In this document: positions 53,539 to 64,000 of the stretch, piece after piece
How the letters are laid out: every line of letters starts with the position of its first letter
Position numbering within the stretch: the first letter of the stretch is position 1
Origin: Octopus bimaculoides
Lineage: Eukaryota
Direction: 5' to 3'
Length of the DNA: 64,000 nt
Assembly: GCF_001194135.2 (NCBI RefSeq)
Contig: NC_068991.1
Coordinates: 643,982-707,981, forward strand
Made by a program: the position numbers and the translations under genes
Notes under the pieces: model-generated
The model's database searches: none
The model's input: the letters and a program-made list of their open reading frames with translations, nothing else
Told to the model about the DNA's origin: nothing

Positions 53539-55425
53539 TGCAATCACAGATACCACTTCATCACCACCATCAACATCACTAAACTTGTTACTATCTTTGC
53601 TAACCTTGACCTAACGATTTCTATTTGGCGCATTTACGCACATGCACGCGCGCGCGCAAACACACCTGCACGCACACAGACACAAACACACACACAAACA
53701 CATACATACACACACACATACACAAATATACACACCATATACATATGCGACGCATATACACAATGCACACACACTACAAACAATATATACACACATATAC
53801 ACATGCATATACACACAACATACATGTATACACATGAACGTTTTACACATCGTATACACGCCGTACACACAACACTCAGTATATATATATATATACATAC
53901 ATATATATATATATATATGTATATATATGTATATAGGCACACAACAGAAATCCAGAATCTTTTCATAGTAAAAGCAGAGTTGAGCTAAAACCCAGGGAAA
54001 GAAGTGACAACACGTGTTTACAAAATGCTGGCCTCTCATTGGTCAATTATCCAACCCTTCTTTCTGACGTCATTATCTTATCGTCTGCAAAACATGTCAG
54101 TTGCAAGCTTGCAGCTGATGTGATCCAGTACAACGTCGGTTTTTATCACAGAATTACAATAAGCAGCAGCAGCAGCAGCAGCGATATTGAGGTTCTATCT
54201 TAAACATTACACTTCCTTTTGTCATTGCTGCTACTACTGCTACTATTGCTGCTGGTAGGGCTATTGTTGTATCTACCGTTGGTATTGCTTTTGTTGATGT
54301 TGTTGTTGTTATCGGCGGGCTAATGGTGCGACTCACGTATTTGCTTGTATTGTTATTGTTATTGTTGTCATCGTCGTTGTCGTTGTCGTTGTTGTTGTTG
54401 TTGTAGCTAGTATAATCATTGTTATTGTTGCAGTTATTGATGCTGCTGTGTTATTAACGTTATTATTGTTGATTGTATGACTGATGTTGTTGTTGTTGTT
54501 GTTGTTGTTGTTGTGCTCGTTGCTGAAACGTTTGTTGTTTTTGTTGCAGCTGTAGGTCTTTTTATTGTTGTTGTTGTTGCTGTTTCAACTGTAAGTGTCT
54601 TTGTTGTTCCTTCTATTACAGTTAATGTGTGTTCCTGAGGCCAAACGCAATCAAATCACCAACTTCTCCGCTTCACAATTATATCGAACCAAAAATATCG
54701 AACATTTTAACAAAAGGACGAATATGAAACAAGGAACCGAAAGAAATTGTCAACAACAGCTACGACGACGACGACAACATCAACAACAAAGCAAGAGTTG
54801 TAATTCCAATAACTGATATGATGCAAAGGACCAAAAATATCATACACACTCGTGTACATATATACATACACATACATACATACATACATACATACGCATA
54901 TATATATACATTCGGCAAAACACTTTATTCCACGTTACCCCAGTCCACTTCGTAGGCAAAGATGAGCTGTCCTTATAATTGAAAGGAGCAACCTTGTCCC
55001 ATTTTGCTTCACGCTGAATTTCCCTGAGAGCTACGTTAACGGTACGAGTATCGGCTCAACTGGAACTCTTGTCGTCGTAACCGACCGAGTGTCAGATGTG
55101 ATGTTACATATACGTATATATACACACTCACACAAACTATACACACATACATATAAAACACTGTTTAGGTGGATGTACTTACAATCCAATTAATGTCCAC
55201 ATTACACAAAGTAGAATGAAATGTTTACTGGAACGAATTCTTTAGCACTTGGACGTCGCAACTTCACTTTTCAGGATGCAAATAAGATCAGAGCAAATAC
55301 CTCCCTAGGATACTAATTTGCAAAATAGGGATCATACCCCTGGTGATTAAAATTTTGTTGTAATTGATTTTCATCGATAACAACAGCAACGGGACCTCTA
55401 AATGACAGTAAGAAAGTCATCAAGA

Positions 55426-55728
55426 CCGCTGCTTCTCAAACTCTCTGATGTGGCATTTTGGTAGTTTTTGTCTTCAATGTGTCAGGGACCGGTTATATCT
55501 CTTAGTAATATTAATTCATACCGGGGACAATACATATATAATGAATATAATAAAAGTTGACAATTTTTAAAATTTTATATTTATTTTGTAAACAAATAAT
55601 ACAATATTACATAAATATTTTATAAGCGTTTTATAATGTTTCTTTCTTTTCTGGAAATTCACCGCGTACCGGCAGCTGATGGCTCGCGGACCGGCACAGG
55701 TCCGCGACCACCACTTTGAGTAGCACTG
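55426..55728. mobile_element. Non-autonomous hAT/Charlie-like MITE
   Basis: Imperfect terminal inverted ends ccgctgcttctcaaa ... tttgagtagcactg, with GGACCGG-rich subterminal motifs. No clear TSD. Confidence 0.55.
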
Positions 55729-55744
55729 TTTTAGAAGTTCGGTT

Positions 55745-56636
55745 TAAACAGTTCCACAACCATAGGACGAATTTGATCAGATAAAATGCTTAAATTGTTT
55801 TCACTATTAATTCTGCCATGAAGGGAAACCATTGGGCCGGTAGATTTCCAAGATATAGCCCATCCCCAAGATCATCACATATCCCCCTCCATGTTTAACA
55901 GTTGGAAGGAGGCAGTCTGGGTCAAATGCTTCTTTTGGCTATCTCCACACGTATACTCGGCCGGTGGTCAGAAATAAGGTAAAGGGTGACTCGTCTGAGG
56001 AAATATCATTCTTCCATTGCTCTAGGGACCAATTCTGTAGGTTTTTACTCCACTCTAAACTCTTTGCAACGTTTATTTTTGAAAGTAGGGCTGATTGCAG
56101 CCTTCTCGTGAAAGCCGGCTTTGTGCAGCTCTCGGCGAACAGTTTTTGTGGAAACTGGATTCTCGGGGTGTTCAGTAAGCTCTGCATTAATTTTGGGAGC
56201 TGTACTTTTGTGATCCTTTCTAACAATTCGCGTAAGAGTCCGACGCTCCCTATTTGAACGTTTTGGTTTTCTTCCGGAGTTTTATTTCGACGATGAAGTT
56301 TTTCCTGTTTCTCAAAGGTTGTCATTACTTTCGAGACAGTACTTCTTAATACACCAAACATTTCGGCTGTTTTCGTTACGCTAGCGCCTGCCATACGAGC
56401 ACCAACAATTACACCTCTTTGAAAGTCCGATAGATCTGTCATTTCAATGAATTTTAATTACCTTTTCCTGATGATATCTGAAAAGAAACAGCAATTTTAG
56501 CAAAACATACTAAGCAACACTGATAATGATTAAATAAAAAAAACATAAAAATGAACAAGCTTTTGACGGTTTTATAGATATTTCAAAATTATGATACTAT
56601 GATGCTAGATGTTTCCATTATTTTGTCCAACCCCTG
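55745..56636 (-). mobile_element. Tc1-family DNA transposon, 3'-truncated
   Basis: TA|CAGGGGTTGGACAAAATAATGGAAAC TIR at 56636. Transposase reads MTDLSDFQRGVIVGARMAGAS..., a shifted-frame segment GRKPK...TVRRELHKAGF, then WKNDISSDESPFTLF and PTVKHGGG. The second and third catalytic residues are missing. Confidence 0.9.
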
Positions 56637-56769
56637 TAGATATAACTTAGATATGTTTCGACCAGAGATTGGTTCAGGCCATGTCTAACGTAATAGCACC
56701 ACCTGATAGAATTTGCTAAATCCTCTTGATTTTACCACAAAACTTGACCACCACCTTCTGTGGTGGTCA

Positions 56770-57370
56770 AGTTTTGTGGTATCATGGCCCATTTAAGTAA
56801 GGAGTTCTTGTTGAGTGAGTTGTACCCAGGTATAGGTGGCTTATCTGGTATCAAGAATTTTCTCCAGATTCCGTTTAAAGGTGACGGGATCCTTTTCTGC
56901 TTCAATCTGTTTCGGGACACTGTTAAATAGGGCAGGGCCTGTTGAGGAAAAGAAATTGTGTTGCAGTGTATTTATGTGTTGTGATCCTGAATTGGGTAGA
57001 GGATGTATAGCCCGTGTTCCTATCCCTGGATGAACTCTGAAACTAATAATGAAGTCGTTTGGGCGCTGATCATGGTATATTTTTCGCATCATGCAAATGA
57101 TGTATCGCTCACGGCGGCGCTGAAGGGAATAGGGTTTCAAATCTTTTATGGTGGTTCCAAAAATCGAGATCAGAAATGCCCTTAATTCTTTTAGAGAATG
57201 CTCTCTGGGGTGATTCAGTTTTCGAGGGGCAGCAGTATTCGAGGTGTGGTCGTACAAAGGAAGAGAAAAGAGGAATGATGACCCCTTGTTCACTGGACTT
57301 CATTTCCCCCCTCTCATCCCTTTCCGTCAAAGAGCAGAGGCTCGAAGCATCAAACACTTTTCTATTCTTC
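56770..57370 (-). mobile_element. CR1/L2-type LINE RT C-terminal remnant
   Basis: Reads FVRPHLEYCCP, YSLQRRRERYIICM and GPALFNSVPK...FKRNL, with frameshifts. Confidence 0.75.
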
Positions 57371-57420
57371 CTTGCTTGTTGTTTCCTCACCTGTTTTCGT
57401 CTTTTGTTTTCTGTAAATTC

Positions 57421-57476
<56 letters not shown>

Positions 57477-57589
57477 CTGATGCGGGTTTCTTTCAGTTTC
57501 CGTTTTCAATTTTTGATGAGAGAGATGCGGAGGGGCAGCGCAGTTGAATATTTGCAAGGCTTCTGTGACTGATAAGAATAATAAGAGTA

Positions 57590-57800
57590 AAGCAGAAAGA
57601 AAAGAAATGAAGGAAGAAGGGGAAGGGGAGAGGAAGAAGGGGAGGACGGGAGGAAGAGGGTGAGGAAGGGATGAAGAGGAGGAAATGAAGGAAGAGGAGG
57701 AAGTGGAGGGAGAGGGGGAAGTAAAAGAACAGGAGTAGAGGAAGAAAGGAGGAAGGGGATGTAGGGGAGGATGAGAGGACGAGGAGGGAGGAGAGGAAAG
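57590..57800. repeat. Long polypurine (GGA/GAA-rich) tract
   Basis: About 200 nt almost exclusively A/G on the plus strand. Confidence 0.85.
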
Positions 57801-58471
57801 CAAAAGGTTCTGTCACCAAAGATCTGGTTTGAATATTTGCAACGAAGTGGATTCTGTTAAAGTCACGTCGCCTCTCAAAAACCTGGCGTCGGAGTCGGAT
57901 CAGTCAATGGATGACTGTTGGTCTTACATTCAAAACATGATATTGTATTATGCAGAGAAGAACTTGGAGGCCGTATTGAAAATGTCATGTACTCTTTAAA
58001 TCCTCTCGTAAATCATCATCTCTTTTATAAAGGCAATTCTTTACATTTTCAGGTCATATTTCAAGACAGCTTCACTTGTATGACACAACAATACTTATAT
58101 TCCTTTTCAGGACTAGAATATAGTTCGGTTGTCATTGGTTACGGAGACATTACAAAAGTCAAAGGTTACTCCTACAAGAGTACAGTCTGTGAAATACTCC
58201 GTTAAATCATCCCAACTTGAGACGCCGCTTGAAACATTTTATTAAACCTCTTTGACGAACTTTCTCGATGAAATTACATTCAAAATTTCTAAAGTTTTAT
58301 TCCAAAAAATAAACTGTAATTTCACGTTCAGAAATTACTTGAAATTGCTCGTTGATCTTCTAATTGATTATTGATCTTCTACGAAGTTTAAGTGAACGTT
58401 ACATAAATCCAACAATTCCATATACAAGACGAAACAGCTGCTACACTTAGACATATCAAATAATTGTACGA

Positions 58472-58535
58472 AACCATCCGGTTTATAAACCATCCGGTTT
58501 ATAAGCCATCCGCTTTAGAAGCCATCCGCTTTAGA
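58472..58535. repeat. 16-bp tandem repeat x4 (2+2 variants)
   Basis: aaccatccggtttata x2, then agccatccgctttaga x2. Confidence 0.9.
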
Positions 58536-58638
58536 AGCAAATTATTCACAAATATATCAAAAACGAAATCCCATCGACCTTCTGCAGATTCTCACTAGGT
58601 TTCTTCTATTACAAAAGTCTCTACTTTTCTCAATTTTC

Positions 58639-58744
58639 TACATTTGTAGCCCCTTACAGCTCCTTACATTTGCAGCCCCTTACAGCTCCTTACATTTGCA
58701 GCCCCTTACAGCTCCTTACATTTGCAGCCCCTTACAGCTCCTTA
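58639..58744. repeat. 26-bp tandem repeat x4
   Basis: tacatttgcagccccttacagctcct units start at 58639, 58665, 58691 and 58717. Confidence 0.95.
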
Positions 58745-58867
58745 TACTGCCTAAGATTTACAGCCCCATACTGAAATATAGGAAACCATTTTCTTTTCAA
58801 TTCAACTGTGTCTCAACTCAACACCTTAAATAGACAGGCTTCCCATTCCCTTTTCATCCCTATCCTC

Positions 58868-58869
<2 letters not shown>

Positions 58870-58902
<33 letters not shown>

Positions 58903-59068
58903 CCCTCTCTCTCATTCCCTCTCTCTCATTCCCTCTCTCTCATTCCCTCTCTCTCATTCCCTCTCTCTCATTCCCTCTCTCTCATTCCCTCTCTCTCATT
59001 CCCTCTCTCTCATTCCCTCTCTCTCATTCCCTCTCTCTCATTCCCTCTCTCTCATTCCCTCTCTCTAC
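58870..59068. repeat. 14-bp polypyrimidine minisatellite
   Basis: (ctctctcattccct)n, about 12 copies. Confidence 0.9.
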
Positions 59069-60069
59069 AAACATCCATCCATATAAGGTCAAACTCAATA
59101 TGAATACCATCCCTCTCTGCAAACTCATTTCCAGTCTCGAGAAAGATCAATAAATCATCTCTGTTAATTAATTAATCTTGATCAGGTTAGACATTAATTC
59201 CTAATTTTGACACAATGCCACACTTTGGCGGAAGTAAAGGTCAGAAGTTCTCAGTTTTGTTGACTTTCTGCCACACTTGACGTCAAACAAAACATTACAG
59301 GTGCTCTTGGCACACAAAGTTTTAAGCAATTATGTTTTAAAGTTCAAAATTTAGAAAAGAATAACACAACATCCGCTTTTAAGTGGGGATAAATGATATC
59401 TTTTGGTATCGATACTGCTTCTGTCGCTATTAATTACGAAAATCAAGCTTAAGTTGTTTGTCTACAAAAAATATAATAAACAAAATGGTTTTCGAAACAT
59501 TAAAAGTCTGGATTTTCTCGGAAGTTTTAAAACTGTGTTTAAATTCTCACGGCCAACAAATTTGCTGCCGCTGCACGGCGTTCGCGAACAACTGGGCTAC
59601 AAGCAAAGATACGTCCACATTGATAACTGTCCTACATCCCAGTTTATTGCTGGTATAAACACATTGCGGTATATGTTGTATTTAAGTAAGGCATGGTATA
59701 CAACTACAATCAAGTAAAGAAGAAAAGACGATCGAAAGTGTAAAAGAAATACAGCAGCATTCAGAATCCGAATGAAACGATGTGCAACGGGGTTTATGGT
59801 GAGGTGCATAGAGGACGAGTTTCTAGAAGAGTTTATTGAATTGAATAATTGATGTGGGGAGGTTCAACGTTTCAGACATTGGTCCTTCGTCAGAAAGAGA
59901 GAGAGAAAGGGCGTGGTTGTTGTTTTGGTTGTGGGCAAATAAAGAGCTATATATAGAGGTGGACACTCAAATCAGTATAAAAACTCGTATAGAGCAGAGT
60001 ATGACGGCTGAGAGACAGTGTTGATAACACAAATGGATATATAATCACGCTAATGTAAGCAGACACACA

Positions 60070-60112
<43 letters not shown>

Positions 60113-60219
60113 ATACACACACACAAAGCACATACATACATACATGTATGTATGTATGTATGTATGTATGTATATACATATATATATGCAGATATATATG
60201 TATATCTATCTATCTATCC

Positions 60220-60271
<52 letters not shown>

Positions 60272-60290
60272 GTCTGTCTGTCTGTCTGCC

Positions 60291-60351
<61 letters not shown>

Positions 60352-61631
60352 ATAGACACTCATATATGTATACGGATGGCTGTGTGTGTATATGTATGCA
60401 ACTAGAGGTACAATTCGTCACCATATGGCTCCTAGTAAACATGTGCAACACAACACAAACCTGTGTGTATGTATCTAATATGCTGTGTTGCATGTGCATG
60501 TGTGCAGCATGATGTGTGTGTGCGTGTATAGCATGATGTGAATATGCGTGCATGTCTAACATGACGCATATTTGTGACTGCGTTGNNNNNNNNNNNNNNN
60601 NNNNNNNNNNNNNNNNNNNNNNNNNNNNNNNNNNNNNNNNNNNNNNNNNNNNNNNNNNNNNNNNNNNNNNNNNNNNNNNNNNNNNNNNNNNNNNNNNNNN
60701 NNNNNNNNNNNNNNNNNNNNNNNNNNNNNNNNNNNNNNNNNNNNNNNNNNNNNNNNNNNNNNNNNNNNNNNNNNNNNNNNNNNNNNNNNNNNNNNNNNNN
60801 NNNNNNNNNNNNNNNNNNNNNNNNNNNNNNNNNNNNNNNNNNNNNNNNNNNNNNNNNNNNNNNNNNNNNNNNNNNNNNNNNNNNNNNNNNNNNNNNNNNN
60901 NNNNNNNNNNNNNNNNNNNNNNNNNNNNNNNNNNNNNNNNNNNNNNNNNNNNNNNNNNNNNNNNNNNNNNNNNNNNNNNNNNNNNNNNNNNNNNNNNNNN
61001 NNNNNNNNNNNNNNNNNNNNNNNNNNNNNNNNNNNNNNNNNNNNNNNNNNNNNNNNNNNNNNNNNNNNNNNNNNNNNNNNNNNNNNNNNNNNNNNNNNTA
61101 TAAACACACATATATGTATCTATCTATCACAATTTTTATACTTAATTGTAACTCAGGATATATATATTAATTTTTTATATAGATAGATAGATACTCATAT
61201 ATGTGTACACACACACACATGCACACAAATACATATATAGACACACATACACATACACGTATACATACATTGCTATGTGGATAAAGCGTCACAGAAATCA
61301 AACATATGCTGACATCAATATCTCACCGCCACACACAAACACAGCCACACATACATACAAGCACACAAAGGCACACGCACACACACACACACATACACAG
61401 AATGACAAATAAACTCTCTCACACACGGATGCATCAGCTGACACGCATGCGCAATAGAAAAACAGGGAGCCACAGTTATTTAGCTAAAGGACTTAACGAA
61501 GTTTGATATTCGGGAACGAAGTTCGAGGCCCCTCGGCAAACCCCGTCATAGTTTCAGCTCAAACAAGACGCAAAACCTTACAAACTCTATACTCGGCCCC
61601 ACTCGCTGGTTTATTTTGCTCCTATTTATAC

Positions 61632-61689
<58 letters not shown>

Positions 61690-61933
61690 NNNNNNNNNNN
61701 NNNNNNNNNNNNNNNNNNNNNNNNNNNNNNNNNNNNNNNNNNNNNNNNNNNNNNNNNNNNNNNNNNNNNNNNNNNNNNNNNNNNNNNNNNNNNNNNNNNN
61801 NNNNNNNNNNNNNNNNNNNNNNNNNNNNNNNNNNNNNNNNNNNNNGTATGAATGTATGTATGTGTCTGTCTGTCTATCTATCTATGTCTCTCTATCTCTC
61901 TCTCTCTCACAATATATACACACACACACACAC

Positions 61934-61974
<41 letters not shown>

Positions 61975-62239
61975 ATATGTACACATTCATACACACACAA
62001 ACGCACACACATAGACACACACACACACACATTGTACTTTATGGCGATTCTGTTCAATCTTGCACCAATCACATGTTCACGGATTTACACCTCAAACATT
62101 TCCTCATATATCTTCCTCCCTCTCTTCCTCCTCCTCCTCCTCCTCCTCCTCCTCCTCCCCTCTCTCCTTCCCGTGCAACCCCTTCCTCCCCTCTCTCCTT
62201 CCCTAGCACCCCCTTACTCCCATCTGTACTTGCGTGTGC

Positions 62240-62277
<38 letters not shown>

Positions 62278-63419
62278 GCGCGCGCGCACACACACGCACA
62301 TACACATATACATATATGTGAAGCGTTACCTTGCACATGTGGTCGTTCTTGGACGTGATGACGTCACTGATATGTAATTCGATTCGGTAGTGGTGATAGT
62401 GGTGATGGTGGTGGTCATGGTAGGGATGTAGGTGATGGTGGCAGTGGTAGTGGTAGTGTTGGTTGTTTAGGTGATGATAGGGGTGAAGTTGTTGATTGTA
62501 GTAATGGTGGTGGTAGTGGGGGGGGGAGCAGTGTGGTTGGTGTTGGTGTTGTTGTTGGTGTGGCTTGATTAATTGATGAAATGGCAGATGATGGAAACAA
62601 AATTTGTTTGAACTGAGGAGGGGTGAGGGGGAAAGGAAAAGAGGAAGAGGGTGAAAGAAATCGAATGAGTGAGAGTAAGAGAGAAAGAGATAGAGAGAAA
62701 TGAGGGAAGGAGACAGAGTGAGATAGAGAGAGAGTTTGAGGGGAGGTGGTAAGGTAGCGGAGAAACTAACAAATTGAAACTGTATACATATATACATACT
62801 GAGAGAGGGAGAGAGAGGGAGGAGGTGAGAGGGAGAGAGTGAGAGGGGAGTATAACCAGGCATGAGGCAGACATGTGGACAGTCATCAGAAAAGCAAATT
62901 TTATATACATGTGTATATACATGTGTATATACATGTGTATATACATAACACATATACGTATACACACATGTGCATGCATGCACACATACATACATACGTA
63001 TATACATAGATTCATGACTGCTTACATATGTCTATACTTCACGTACAGGTACACAGATACACACACATACACACACAAACACACACACACATACACACAC
63101 AAGCACACATACGTGCAAAGATGCACAAACACATGGTTACGTATACACATAACGCAAAGTGAAAAGACAGAGACAACAGTTTGCAAATGACACAGAAATA
63201 CGACGAATAAAGGACTTTTGTTGAACGATTTCGACGAAAAGATAAAATAGATTCTTTGACGTTTCGAGCGTTTGTCCTTTCTCTGAAAAAACAAGGACAA
63301 AATGGTCAACCAGAAAAGAAGAGGAAGAAAATGCGTTAAAAACCAATAATAACAGGGAAGAGAGGAAAGCAAAGCAAGAAACCGGATATGTCCTTCAATG
63401 AGGTGGTTTCAGAAACGGA

Positions 63420-63735
63420 GATATGGCTGCTGTTGAATGTGTATAGCTTAGTGGTTAAGAGTATTCAGCTCACAAGGACTTGAGTTCGATTCTCGGCTGT
63501 GCGTTGCGTTCTTGAGCAAGACGTTTCATTTCACATTGCTCCAGTCCACTCAGTTGGCAAAAAAGAGTTGTACCAGTAATTCCAAGGGGGCCAGCCTCGT
63601 CACATTCTGTGTCATGCTAAACCATGTTACGAGCATGCGTGTCTGTGAAGCTTCAGTTTCCTGCACGTTAATTTCACAAGCAGGCTGTTCCGTTGATCGG
63701 ATCAAGTGAGAGACTCATCGTCGTAACCGAGTGCC
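63420..63735 (+). mobile_element. SINE with tRNA-like head (family B variant)
   Basis: ttagtggttaagagtattc...gagttcgattctcgg head; the 3' part (catcgtcgtaaccgagtg) is shared with 54920-55095. Confidence 0.6.
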
Positions 63736-63962
63736 AGTTTATGGTTGTTGTGCTGGTGTTTGCGTCGTCGGTGTGTGTAAGCGCACTTGGTATCAAGTAT
63801 GTGACAGGGGATGCATTCGTGGATGTATGGGGTCGGTGTAAGGGTATGTGTGTGTGTGTGTATGTATGCATGTGTGTGCGTGAGAGGGTGAGCGGCAGCA
63901 GTGTATATTTCTCTCCGCGGGTTGCGTTTGACGTATGTGTATGAGCACTTGTGTGTGTATGC

Positions 63963-64000
<38 letters not shown>

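Noticed and set aside
54337-54634. Thr-rich mucin-like stretch with an acceptor and GTGAGT donor on the minus strand
   Set aside because: No frame is open from acceptor to donor, and it resembles the many degenerate (ACA)n tracts elsewhere in the window.
58639-58744. CRISPR-like regular repeat
   Set aside because: The units are head-to-tail with no spacers, the context is eukaryotic, and there are no cas genes.

Overview
AT-rich eukaryotic genomic DNA, packed with microsatellites and with about 15 N-gaps. The repeat landscape (tRNA-headed SINEs with internal microsatellites, R4/Dong-, Tx1- and CR1-type LINE debris, Tc1/mariner and hAT fossils) looks like a coleoid cephalopod, probably Octopus (inference, not database-checked). 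Almost all ORFs in the supplied track are microsatellite, gap or transposon artefacts. No rRNA, tRNA gene or CRISPR array is visible. Reading splice signals by hand on the minus strand gives one coherent, mostly intronic gene spanning at least 43.2 kb to 11.4 kb. It is built from a chain of phase-1/phase-1 symmetric exons: 43239-43087, 36458-36426, 30453-30415, 28628-28497, 17845-17435, 12980-12891 and 11565-11452. These splice into one open frame encoding an unrecognised single-pass membrane protein: a TM helix, a CxxCxxC cluster, a basic juxtamembrane stretch, a PxIxIT-like motif, four 20-aa repeats carrying eight evenly spaced RRxS sites, and a possibly globular (weakly TIR-like) C-terminal part. 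The 5' and 3' ends of the gene are unresolved. Other items: a possible coupled microexon/alternative-acceptor switch, inverted SINEs flanking the TM exon, stress-response motifs (ERSE/UPRE, CLEAR+ARE) and decayed hammerhead-ribozyme motifs.
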